DNA of 64,000 nucleotides from Clostridia bacterium. GTDB taxonomy: Bacteria > Bacillota > Clostridia > Oscillospirales > CAG-272. Location of the stretch: positions 13,782 to 77,781 of the forward strand of contig JAFVXH010000007.1 in assembly GCA_017501225.1 (NCBI GenBank), read 5' to 3'. Below the pieces are notes generated by a model. That model did no database searches. It saw only the letters and a list, made by a program, of their open reading frames with translations, and was not told the DNA's origin. Made by a program: the position numbers and the translations under genes. The first letter of the stretch is position 1. Every line of letters begins with the position of its first letter. This document shows positions 7,631 through 16,296 of the stretch, piece by piece.

Positions 7631-10453
7631 TTACAGGTCGATTGCAATACCGAACAGAGCAGCGATGCCCTCCAGCGCCAGACGGTCAGCGTCTGCGTGT
7701 GCGGCAAGATAATCGTTGATCGCGTCAACGATCTTCTGCTCACCCTCGGAGCCTGCGCCGCCGATCTGAGAACCGATTCCGAACGGATCCAGAACGGTAA
7801 CCTGCGTGCCGTCGGTCAGAACGTCCTTAACGGCGTAGGTGATCGCGTGAGATGCCATCAGGATCTCCATGGTCTCATTCTCGGTAGGAAGACGGCCGTC
7901 GCCCGCGCCGGGCGCGGTGCTGAAGACAGGCTTTCCGCCCTCGCTGTTCTTGGCAGCCATTGCAAGGTTGAGTACCTGATTGAGGGCGCGCGCCTCTGCG
8001 TTGTAGTTGGGCAGATCCTCTCGTCCCATGTAGGAGAACATGGAAACGATCAGCTCCGCGGAGGTGGGTGCGTATTTCTCGGGTATTCCAAAGCCGATCA
8101 GACGGTCAGCGGTCACGTAGACCTCCATCATGCCTGCGGTCTGGGGAGTCAGTCCCTCGATGATCTCGGCAAGCTCCTCCTCATTGAGCGTGCCGTCCTC
8201 GTTTTCAAGGCTCTTGAGAACATCCATGCTGTTGGAAACGGAGGTCAGGGTATCGGTGTAGTTGACGTCACCCTCGGTTGCCTTGTTTGCCATGCTGGTA
8301 GCGGTCTTCATATCAAGGCCTGCAGCGTTGCGAACGGTTTCGGACTGGAATACTGCGGAGAAAAGATCAGCAGTTTTCTCGCTGCCGTAGGTCTGGGACT
8401 GGGACAGAGAATCGAGGATGTTACCGACGCTGCCGGCAACCGTGTTCAGATCCATATTCTCAGTATCCGCGCCGACAAGATCGGTAGCGGCATTGAAAAT
8501 GGAAGAAATCGCGTTGACCTCGCCCTCCAGGGTGTCCTCGTTGATGGACTCCGAAGCCTTAGTCGTATCGATCAGGATCGCATCCAGCGTCACAACGGTG
8601 GTGTTCATCTCATCCGAGGATTGGAGAGAAGCGGTGTTCGCAATGGTTTCGGTAGAAACGGGCTTGGTCAGCTCGACGCTCTGCAGATGTGCGAGAACCT
8701 CACTCTCCTCGCCCAAAAGGACGGTGAAGGTATCGGTTACGATCTGCGATGCGTTAGCTGCAAAATCCTCGTCCTGCTCTAGGACGGAAAGCTTCTTGCA
8801 GAGGTCTGCAAAAACTGCAACCGCGCTATTCTTGAGCTCATCCTCGGTCTTGTTTTCATAAACGGTACCGATCAGGAGAGCAGCCAGCGCGTCAGCCTCA
8901 AAGCCAAGCGCCTCGGTCTTGTTCTCTGCCTCGACGCCCTCGATCTCGGTGGCTGTGTAGCTTGCGTAGATCGCGAAGAACGCCTGAACGTCCTGCGCGG
9001 TAATTTCTTCATTCTCGTTGTTTGCGATCAGATCCTGCACAAGGCTTGCGGAGTAGAAGTCCAGGATCTCGGCGTCAATGTCAACGCCTGCTCCGTCAAA
9101 TGCGGTTTCCAGCTTCTCGCTCAGCAGCGCTACCTGTGTAGCACCCTGCTCTCCCTTGACCTCGTTCAAAGCGAGTGCCACGTCATCCAGGAAGTCACCG
9201 TAGACTGCGTGAACGTCCTCGGGAATGCTGAGTGCCTGACCGATCGCGCGGATACCCAGGTTGGTGATCTCGGGGATCAGACGCTTCATGCTGTTGTTGG
9301 CACCCAGAGTGTTGACCAGAGAAGCAACCACACCGTCACCGCTGAGTACGGTCATCAGCTGATCGGTATCGTTCATATTGGCAAATACGCCGTTCTGCGC
9401 GAAGACGGTGATCATGTCCGCAACCGTGCGGATATCCGCCTTCAGAGCGGGCAGATTTCTTGCATCGGCGTGCAGGATCTCAAGCAAGGAATCCATCAGG
9501 GGCGTGAACAGCTCGTTCTCACCCATGTTGGGCTTCTCCATGCCGAGGAATGCCTCGCCGTTCATCCATGCATCGGTTGCGGCATAGATCAGATCTCCCG
9601 TAATAGAGGGAAGCATCACAGAATGATCGAAGGCATCGACGATCGCGGTGAAGCACTGCGCCTCGCGCTCGCTGTAATTTGCCATTTCGGTTTCGGTCAG
9701 GTGTGCTACGTTTCCAAGCATGGAGGCGATGGCGCCAAACTCGTTTTCAACGTTGGTCTTCTGTCCCTGAACCTCAAAGCTGGTCAGGTTCTGACCGATA
9801 CCCTTGCCACCGAAGGCGCCGAACACCTTTACGGCAGCACTGTCATGAAGCTGCTTGCTGGTGTCAACCAGTGCAACGACGCTCTGCTCGCTCTGAGGAT
9901 CCTCAGAAAGCAGACCGGACTGCACGATATCGTCGCCTGCCTTTGCAAAAATGCCGGTGTAAGCAGTCAGGGGGATCATGATCACGGAAAGGATCACAAC
10001 ACCCTGTACAAAGCCGATGATACCCGCATACAAAATGCTGACGGGAACCTTCTTGTTCACAGCCTTGGTCATCTTGCCGAATACGATCGCCAGCACAACG
10101 TAAACGATCCAAAGGAAGGCGTTGATCGCGGTAAAGAGTACCAGACACAAAGCCGGCGCTACCATCGCAGATGCACAGCCGAGAATTGCATTGGAAAGCG
10201 AGGGGGAGAGATTGAGCAGGTCAATGACCTCCTGCATTCCACCCTCCTGCAGATAAGGGATCAACGTATCGGTGATGAACGCTTCATCCAGAAGATTTTG
10301 CCGCAGGATCAGGGTTGTAACAACGGCAATCACTGCGCTCAGAATCGTAAGAACCGTGCGCGCGGCGGAATTGATAAATCCTCTTGCCAATCCGACGGCG
10401 ACACAAATCAAGAGATAAATGGCGATAACCAGAAATAACAATGCACCATTCAT
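7631..10453 (-). CDS. CvpA-family membrane domain fused to an acidic soluble region of about 750 aa (function unknown)
   Basis: 940 aa. The first roughly 185 aa have CvpA-like TM helices (LFLVIAIYLLICVAVGLARGFINSAARTVLTILSAVIAVV...). The remainder is D/E/A/T-rich, Cys-poor and has no further TM. RBS AAAGGAGAGAAG precedes the ATG. Confidence 0.75.
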   Translation of the reverse strand: MNGALLFLVIAIYLLICVAVGLARGFINSAARTVLTILSAVIAVVTTLILRQNLLDEAFITDTLIPYLQEGGMQEVIDLLNLSPSLSNAILGCASAMVAPALCLVLFTAINAFLWIVYVVLAIVFGKMTKAVNKKVPVSILYAGIIGFVQGVVILSVIMIPLTAYTGIFAKAGDDIVQSGLLSEDPQSEQSVVALVDTSKQLHDSAAVKVFGAFGGKGIGQNLTSFEVQGQKTNVENEFGAIASMLGNVAHLTETEMANYSEREAQCFTAIVDAFDHSVMLPSITGDLIYAATDAWMNGEAFLGMEKPNMGENELFTPLMDSLLEILHADARNLPALKADIRTVADMITVFAQNGVFANMNDTDQLMTVLSGDGVVASLVNTLGANNSMKRLIPEITNLGIRAIGQALSIPEDVHAVYGDFLDDVALALNEVKGEQGATQVALLSEKLETAFDGAGVDIDAEILDFYSASLVQDLIANNENEEITAQDVQAFFAIYASYTATEIEGVEAENKTEALGFEADALAALLIGTVYENKTEDELKNSAVAVFADLCKKLSVLEQDEDFAANASQIVTDTFTVLLGEESEVLAHLQSVELTKPVSTETIANTASLQSSDEMNTTVVTLDAILIDTTKASESINEDTLEGEVNAISSIFNAATDLVGADTENMDLNTVAGSVGNILDSLSQSQTYGSEKTADLFSAVFQSETVRNAAGLDMKTATSMANKATEGDVNYTDTLTSVSNSMDVLKSLENEDGTLNEEELAEIIEGLTPQTAGMMEVYVTADRLIGFGIPEKYAPTSAELIVSMFSYMGREDLPNYNAEARALNQVLNLAMAAKNSEGGKPVFSTAPGAGDGRLPTENETMEILMASHAITYAVKDVLTDGTQVTVLDPFGIGSQIGGAGSEGEQKIVDAINDYLAAHADADRLALEGIAALFGIAIDL

Positions 10454-10512
10454 ATGCTTCTCTCCTTTTCGTCTGTTAAATTTTGTAGGGGAAGGCGCTC
10501 CCCTCCCGCCTC

Positions 10513-10541
10513 ATCATACCATAATATGAATTTTTTGTCAA
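10513..10541 (-). promoter_or_regulatory. sigma-A type promoter for the CvpA-like gene
   Basis: On the minus strand: TTGACA (10541-10536), 17 nt, TATGAT (10518-10513). Confidence 0.55.
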
Positions 10542-10579
10542 GTAGATTTGAAAAAATATCCTTTCTGTCATCCCGATGC

Positions 10580-10612
10580 AAAAAAGGGAGTATCCCTTAA
10601 AAGGATACTCCC
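10580..10612 (-). terminator. rho-independent terminator after the MarR gene
   Basis: GGGAGTATCC / GGATACTCCC 10-bp stem followed (minus strand) by TTTTTTG. Confidence 0.7.
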
Positions 10613-10627
10613 TTCCCCGATTTTCGG

Positions 10628-11086
10628 TTAAAATCTGGCGTTCTCAATGCCCTCCGTTGCCTCGGGCATCAGCTCCTCGTTGATCACGCGCAAAAGCTCT
10701 CCGAACTTTTCGGCATCCTCCGGAGAAAAACGCTGCCGGATGCGCTTCATGACGGTATCCACGTAGGAATAGGTGCTTCCGTAGGTCTGCAGATATTTCT
10801 CCGTGACCTCCAGATGGTACTCCCGCCGGTCCTGCTCGGAGCGCACCTTGACGATATAACCCTTCTTCATCAGGTTATTGATCTTGTATACGGCGTTGGG
10901 CGCGGAGATATTGACAAATCGCGCGAACTCCAGAATGGTCGGCCGGTTGAGCACGTAGATGGTTTCGGCACAGAAATGCTCCATCGCGGTCAGTGCCTGA
11001 TTCTGTGCCTCGGCGCTCGAAAAGATCTTTTTATACATCAAAACCTTGAACTTGGTATAGACCTCTAAAAACTGTCCTTCAAACAT
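10628..11086 (-). CDS. MarR family transcriptional regulator
   Basis: 152 aa. Winged-helix core ...TILEFARFVNISAPNAVYKINNLMKKGYIVKVRSEQDRREYHLEVTEKY.... Confidence 0.85.
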   Translation of the reverse strand: MFEGQFLEVYTKFKVLMYKKIFSSAEAQNQALTAMEHFCAETIYVLNRPTILEFARFVNISAPNAVYKINNLMKKGYIVKVRSEQDRREYHLEVTEKYLQTYGSTYSYVDTVMKRIRQRFSPEDAEKFGELLRVINEELMPEATEGIENARF

Positions 11087-11115
11087 GACGTTTCTCCTTT
11101 TTCTTTACTCGGATG

Positions 11116-11667
11116 TCAGACACGTTCGGCGTCAAAGCTTTCAATGCTTGCCAATGCCTTGCCTAGGACCGTTACACCGAACACGAAGGGACCTCTGCAA
11201 AGAGTGCCCTTGCCCTGCGCGTCGATTGCAAGCACGCGCTCCCCGTCGGTCACTGCGACGTCGCGAATGCCGACCAGCCACCTGCCGTTGCGCTCCTCTC
11301 CTGCGGGGATCGCGAACAGCGAGCTTGCAAGCCTTGCATCCCCCTCGTACGCAAAGCGCAGATATCCCACGGGAGCCTCTCCCCGCTTCACCGCGTTTCC
11401 GTCCGCATAACACGGAATGCGGTATGCGGCAACGGGAGCATCCGCGCTCAGATAATCCGGATGCACTCGCAGAGAACGGCTTTTTCCGCTCTCACGTAAC
11501 AAAATTCCGTAAGAAAGCAGACGGTCCAGATAAAGCTGAACCGTTGAGGTGCTCTTATACCCAAGAGCACTCCCGATATCGCGCACACTGGGGGCATAGC
11601 CCTTCTCCTGCGTCACGCGGCAAATGTAATCCAGAACGGCACGCTCTTTTTCGTTCAACTGCTTCAT
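11116..11667 (-). CDS. LexA-like repressor (LexA N-terminal DNA-binding domain; C-terminal domain without a recognisable Ser-Lys dyad)
   Basis: Track ORF 11116..11757. I prefer the ATG at 11667 after GGAGGGA. MKQLNEKERAVLDYICRVTQEKGYAPSVRDIGSALGYKSTSTVQLYLDRLLSYGIL matches the LexA wHTH. The C-terminal 110 aa show no GDSM-type serine motif and no AG cleavage site. Confidence 0.75.
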   Translation of the reverse strand: MKQLNEKERAVLDYICRVTQEKGYAPSVRDIGSALGYKSTSTVQLYLDRLLSYGILLRESGKSRSLRVHPDYLSADAPVAAYRIPCYADGNAVKRGEAPVGYLRFAYEGDARLASSLFAIPAGEERNGRWLVGIRDVAVTDGERVLAIDAQGKGTLCRGPFVFGVTVLGKALASIESFDAERV

Positions 11668-11697
11668 ACTCGTCCCTCCGTAGCTCCTGATAGTATC

Positions 11698-11725
11698 ATT
11701 ATAGCACAAATGTTCTTTTTTGCAA
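11698..11725 (-). promoter_or_regulatory. promoter of the LexA-like gene with an embedded SOS-box-like site
   Basis: Minus strand: TTGCAA (11725-11720), 16-nt spacer containing GAACATTTGTGC (11715-11704; one mismatch from GAAC-N4-GTTC), TATAAT (11703-11698). Confidence 0.5.
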
Positions 11726-11826
11726 GAGGAATCTCGAAATTTTCCACAAAAAAACAAATTTTTAAAACTTAAAAATCCATGATATGACAGAAATTATGAA
11801 CTTTCCGTAATCTTTTGCAAAGGCTC

Positions 11827-11855
11827 TTGAAAAACCTCGAAAAAGCGTGTAAAAT
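11827..11855 (+). promoter_or_regulatory. sigma-A type promoter for PEPCK
   Basis: TTGAAA (11827-11832), 17 nt, TG-extended TAAAAT (11850-11855). Confidence 0.55.
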
Positions 11856-11932
11856 ATAAAATGGATAACGATTGAACCGTTGTCGGAATATTCTGTTTAT
11901 ATAATTATCCACACATAAAAGGAGCAAAGCCA

Positions 11933-13717
11933 ATGACAACCAACAAGCACGTTTTAAGCTGGATCGAGGAGATGTCCTCTCTGGTCTCTCCCGAGAAGAT
12001 CGTCTGGATCGACGGAAGCGAGGAGCAGGCAAACGATCTGCGCGCACAGGCATGCGCAACCGGTGAGCTGGTAGCACTGAACCAAGAGGAATATCCCAAC
12101 TGCTATCTGCACAGAACCGCCATCAATGACGTCGCCCGTGTAGAAAACCGCACCTTTATCTGCACCAGAAACAAAGAGGATGCCGGCACCATCAACCACT
12201 GGATGGATCCCACCGAGTGCTATGCCAAGCTTTCCAAGCTTTATAAAAATTCCTATCGCGGAAAGACCATGTACGTCATCCCCTACTCCATGGGTGTCGT
12301 CGGCTCGGATTTTGCAAAGATCGGCATTGAGTTGACCGACTCGATCTACGTCGTTCTGAACATGCTGATCATGACCCGTGTCGGCAAGAACGTCATCGAC
12401 GCGCTCGGTGACTCGGCTGATTTCGTCAAGGGTCTTCACGCCGTTGCCGATTGCGATGAGGAGAACCGCTATATCTGCCACTTCCCCGAAGACAACACCA
12501 TCTGGTCGGTCAACTCCGGATACGGCGGAAACGTTCTGCTCGGCAAAAAGTGCTTCGCGCTTCGCATTGCCTCCTATCTCGGCCGCAAGGAGGGCTGGAT
12601 GGCAGAGCACATGCTCATCTTAGGTCTTGAAAATCCGCAGGGCGAGGTGCAGTATATCGCTGCCGCATTCCCCTCCGCGTGCGGAAAGACCAACCTTGCC
12701 ATGCTCATCCCGCCCGAGATCTACAAAAAGGCAGGATATAAGGTCTGGACGGTCGGTGACGACATCGCATGGATCCGCGTGGGCGAGGACGGACGTCTTT
12801 ACGCCGTCAACCCCGAGAACGGCTTCTTTGGCGTGGCTCCCGGAACCAACGAGCACTCCAACTACAACGCGCTGATGACGACCAAGCGCGACTGCATCTT
12901 CACCAACGTTTGTCACGATCTGGATAACAATACCGTCTGGTGGGAGGATCTGAACGACAATCCGCCTACGAACGCGCTCAACTGGAGAGGCGAAAAGTGG
13001 GATTACAAGGCCTACAACAAGGCAGACAAGGTGGGCACCGCGGGTGCGCATCCCAACTCCCGCTTTACCGCGAAGGCAGAAAACTGCCCCTGCATCTCCT
13101 CCGAGTTCAATAGCTTGAAGGGTGTCCCGCTGACCGCCATCATCTTCGGCGGACGCCGTGCAAAGACCGCACCTCTGGTCTATCAGTCCCGCGATTGGCA
13201 GCACGGCACCTTCGTCGGCTCCATCATGGCATCCGAGACCACCGCGGCAGCTGCCGGCAAGGTGGGTGTGGTTCGCCGTGACCCGATGGCAATGCGTCCC
13301 TTCGTGGGCTACGATATGGGCGACTATTTCGAGCATTGGCTCAACATGGGTAAGAAGATCGCAAATCCCCCCAAGATCTTCCACGTCAACTGGTTCCGCA
13401 CCGATGATGCAGGTCACTTCATCTGGCCCGGCTTTGGCGACAACATGAGAGTCCTTATGTGGATCCTCGCCCGTTGCGCAGGAGAGGTAGAGGCCGTCGA
13501 AACGCCCATCGGCTTCGTTCCCAAGGCAGAGGACATCAACATCGAAGGCCTTGCAGACGTCAATCTTGACACCGTTCGCGATCTGCTCACCGTCGATAAA
13601 AAGAGCTGGCTTGAGGACGTGGAAAACATCAAGGAATTCTACGCGCAGATCGGTGGACGCGTCCCCGCAGCTCTGTACGACGAGCTTGCTACTTTGGAAG
13701 CGAACCTGAACAAATAA
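11933..13717 (+). CDS. pckG: phosphoenolpyruvate carboxykinase (GTP)
   Basis: 594 aa. ...FPSACGKTNLAML... kinase-1a motif, ...WIRVGEDGRLYAVNPENGFFGVAPGT..., ...GAHPNSRFT.... RBS AAAGGAG. Confidence 0.95.
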   Translation: MTTNKHVLSWIEEMSSLVSPEKIVWIDGSEEQANDLRAQACATGELVALNQEEYPNCYLHRTAINDVARVENRTFICTRNKEDAGTINHWMDPTECYAKLSKLYKNSYRGKTMYVIPYSMGVVGSDFAKIGIELTDSIYVVLNMLIMTRVGKNVIDALGDSADFVKGLHAVADCDEENRYICHFPEDNTIWSVNSGYGGNVLLGKKCFALRIASYLGRKEGWMAEHMLILGLENPQGEVQYIAAAFPSACGKTNLAMLIPPEIYKKAGYKVWTVGDDIAWIRVGEDGRLYAVNPENGFFGVAPGTNEHSNYNALMTTKRDCIFTNVCHDLDNNTVWWEDLNDNPPTNALNWRGEKWDYKAYNKADKVGTAGAHPNSRFTAKAENCPCISSEFNSLKGVPLTAIIFGGRRAKTAPLVYQSRDWQHGTFVGSIMASETTAAAAGKVGVVRRDPMAMRPFVGYDMGDYFEHWLNMGKKIANPPKIFHVNWFRTDDAGHFIWPGFGDNMRVLMWILARCAGEVEAVETPIGFVPKAEDINIEGLADVNLDTVRDLLTVDKKSWLEDVENIKEFYAQIGGRVPAALYDELATLEANLNK

Positions 13718-13731
13718 AATACAAAAACAAA

Positions 13732-13765
13732 GCCGCCGCAATCTTCGGATTGCGGCGGTTTTTTG
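13732..13765. terminator. bidirectional rho-independent terminator (pck / rny)
   Basis: GCCGCCGCAATC-ttcg-GATTGCGGCGGT stem, T-run after it and A-run before it. Confidence 0.85.
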
Positions 13766-13822
13766 GTTCGGGGAATTGGCGGACGCGATCAGCTCGGATC
13801 GCGCACGATCGCACTTCCCTTC

Positions 13823-15370
13823 TTATTTTGCATAGTCAACAGCACGTGTCTCACGAATGAGATTGAGCTTGATCTGTCCGGGGTACTTGACCTCGTCCTC
13901 GATCTTCTTTGCCATCTCACGTGCGATCAGCTTCATGCCGTCATCATTGACAAGCTCGGGCTTGACCATAACGCGGATCTCGCGGCCTGCCTGAATGGCA
14001 AACGCCTTCTCCACGCCCTGGAAACTGACGGCAATTTCCTCAAGCTTTTGCAAGCGCTTGATATAGTTTTCCATATCCTCGCGGCGAGCACCGGGGCGAG
14101 CGGCGGAAACCGCGTCGGCTGCCTGAATGAGAACCGCGATGATGGTCTTGGGTTCGACGTCGTTGTGATGTGCCTCGATCGCGTGAATGACCTCGGCGCT
14201 TTCCTTGAACTTCTTTGCGGCGTTGACACCGAGCTCAACGTGGGAGCCCTCAACGTCCTGTGGGAATGCCTTTCCGATATCGTGGAGCAAGCCTGCTCTG
14301 CGTGCTACGGTTCCGTCCAGTCCCAACTCGTCCGCCATAATGCCCGCAAGCCATGCAACCTCGATAGAGTGCTGCAGAACGTTCTGTCCGTAGCTGGTGC
14401 GGTAACGCAAGCGTCCGAGCAGACGTACCAATTCGGGGTGGATTCCATGTACGTTGACCTCGTAGGTCGCGCGCTCACCCGCCTGCTTGATCACGGCATC
14501 GACCTCACGGCGGGATTTCTCCACCATTTCCTCGATGCGTGCGGGATGGATACGACCGTCCGCGATCAGCTTTTCCAAAGCCAGTCTTGCAACCTCGCGG
14601 CGAACCGGGTCAAAGCCCGAAATGGTGATCGCCTCGGGAGTATCGTCAATGATCAGCTCGACACCGGTCAGGGTCTCCAGCTTCTGGATGTTTCTTCCCT
14701 CACGGCCGATGATGCGTCCCTTCATCTCCTCGCTGGGCAAAGCCACAACGGAGATGGTGGATTCGGTAACGTGGTCGGCAGCACAGCGCTGAATTGCGAG
14801 AGAGAGAAGATTGCGCGCCTTTGCGTCTGCCTCCTCCTTGAACTGCGCCTCCAATTCGTCCATGCGTTGCGCCATTTCATAGCGGGTTTCTGTTTCCACC
14901 TGAAGCAAAAGCTCCTGCTTTGCCTCCTCGGCGGTGTAGTTGGAGATCTCCTCCAGCTTTTTGACCTGAACCTCCAGGGCCTGCTCGATCTGCTCGCGCA
15001 GAGCGTCGTTCGCCTTGAGCTTTTCGTCCAGCTGCTCGTTCTTGCGCTCCAAAGCCTCGGTCTTTCGGTCAAGATTTTCTTCCTTCTGGTTGAGTCTGCG
15101 CTCCATGCGAGATACCTCGCTGCGGCGCTCCTTGAGCTCGCGCTCGCCCTCGTTACGCAGGCGGAGCGTTTCCTCCTTTGCCTCAATCAGGACTTCCTTC
15201 TTTTTTGCCTCAGCACTCTTTGATGCTTCGTCTAAAATTCGTTTTGCCTCTTCCTCCGCAGAGCCGATCTTGGATTCACCGACCTTCTTGCGGTAGAAAA
15301 AGCCACCCAGTGCGCCCAGCAAAAGTCCTACGACCGCCGAGACCACACCGGTAATGATTAATTCCGGCAC
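13823..15370 (-). CDS. rny: ribonuclease Y
   Basis: 515 aa. N-terminal TM, long K/E coiled region, KH domain ([12 protein letters not shown]), HD domain (LLHDIGKA...HH). Confidence 0.97.
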   Translation of the reverse strand: MPELIITGVVSAVVGLLLGALGGFFYRKKVGESKIGSAEEEAKRILDEASKSAEAKKKEVLIEAKEETLRLRNEGERELKERRSEVSRMERRLNQKEENLDRKTEALERKNEQLDEKLKANDALREQIEQALEVQVKKLEEISNYTAEEAKQELLLQVETETRYEMAQRMDELEAQFKEEADAKARNLLSLAIQRCAADHVTESTISVVALPSEEMKGRIIGREGRNIQKLETLTGVELIIDDTPEAITISGFDPVRREVARLALEKLIADGRIHPARIEEMVEKSRREVDAVIKQAGERATYEVNVHGIHPELVRLLGRLRYRTSYGQNVLQHSIEVAWLAGIMADELGLDGTVARRAGLLHDIGKAFPQDVEGSHVELGVNAAKKFKESAEVIHAIEAHHNDVEPKTIIAVLIQAADAVSAARPGARREDMENYIKRLQKLEEIAVSFQGVEKAFAIQAGREIRVMVKPELVNDDGMKLIAREMAKKIEDEVKYPGQIKLNLIRETRAVDYAK

Positions 15371-15457
15371 TTCCTAAACACCTCCTTCTTTTTGTTGTTT
15401 TTTGTCTGATGTCTTCCGTATGACAAAACGCTTTCGCGTCCATAACATACCGATTTT

Positions 15458-15486
15458 ATTATACACTTTTTTCCATCGGTTGTCAA
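15458..15486 (-). promoter_or_regulatory. consensus sigma-A promoter for rny
   Basis: Minus strand: TTGACA (15486-15481), 17 nt, TATAAT (15463-15458). Confidence 0.6.
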
Positions 15487-15530
15487 GGTCTTTTTTTACA
15501 TTTTAGCTCCGAAAAAGGACTTTCGCACGC

Positions 15531-15586
15531 AAAAAAGGAGGACGCGCACCCCCGATTCCGGCAGGGTGTGTGCGTCCTCTTTTTTG
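15531..15586 (-). terminator. rho-independent terminator after the dnaE-HAD pair
   Basis: GAGGACGCGCACCC ... GGGTGTGTGCGTCCTC imperfect long stem flanked by an A-run and a T-run. Confidence 0.7.
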
Positions 15587-15597
15587 ACACGTATTTT

Positions 15598-16296
15598 TTA
15601 CAGCGTTGTCAGCAGCTGCGAGAAGGCATCCAGCGTCCTCACCTCAAAGGACGGAACAACGTCCGTGCGGTTTTCCTTTCCCTTGGGGTTGAACCAGCAG
15701 CTGAGGATCCCCGCGTTGTTGCCTCCCTGCACGTCCGAGGTCAGGCTGTCGCCAAGGATGATGGCGCGACTCGGATCAAACTCCGGGATCGTGGCAAAGC
15801 ACGCGTCAAAAAATTCCTTTTGCGGCTTGACGTATCCGATCTCCTCGGAGAGAAAAATACCGTCAAACAGGGGGGCAAAGCCCGCGCTCTCGATGCGTCC
15901 CTTTTGCACCGCTGTAGTACCGTTCGAGGCGATATAGAGCTTGTATTTTCCGTGCAGCTCGGAAAGAAGCGCCTCCGCGCCCTCCATATAGTAATGTCCG
16001 TGGGAGAGCACCTCCTCGTACATCACGCGCACCGATTCCGCATCTACCGAAACGCCAAGCTCCTCGAACAGATACCGGAAGCGGTAAAGCTTGACCTGCG
16101 CGCGCGTCAGCTCCCCGCGCTCCAGACGCTGCCATTGCAAAGCGTTGATCTCGCTGTAACGCTGAACGACCTCCTCTGTGGGCTCAACGCCAAATGCGCG
16201 CAACGTTTTGGCAAGGGCTACCGCCTCCGCCTTGTGAAAATCCAGAATGGTGTCGTCCATATCCAAAAAAACAAATTCGATCATAGTATTCCTCAT
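15598..16296 (-). CDS. HAD-IA hydrolase, YjjG-like pyrimidine 5'-nucleotidase
   Basis: FLDMDDTILDF (DxDxT motif), ...IASNG..., ...LGDSLTSDVQGG.... The start is either ATG 16296 (ATGA overlap with the dnaE stop) or ATG 16284 (after GAGGAA). Confidence 0.85.
   Translation of the reverse strand: MRNTMIEFVFLDMDDTILDFHKAEAVALAKTLRAFGVEPTEEVVQRYSEINALQWQRLERGELTRAQVKLYRFRYLFEELGVSVDAESVRVMYEEVLSHGHYYMEGAEALLSELHGKYKLYIASNGTTAVQKGRIESAGFAPLFDGIFLSEEIGYVKPQKEFFDACFATIPEFDPSRAIILGDSLTSDVQGGNNAGILSCWFNPKGKENRTDVVPSFEVRTLDAFSQLLTTL

Noticed and set aside
10497-10509. A 13-nt motif, GCTCCCCTCCCGC, is shared between the CvpA-like leader (10497-10509) and the oppC-oppD intergenic region (46692-46704). Both copies sit about 30-45 nt upstream of a minus-strand start and within GC-rich hairpins.
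   Set aside because: There are only two copies in 64 kb, and the motif is short and low-complexity. This could be chance in GC-rich DNA. It would need genome-wide counting before any claim.
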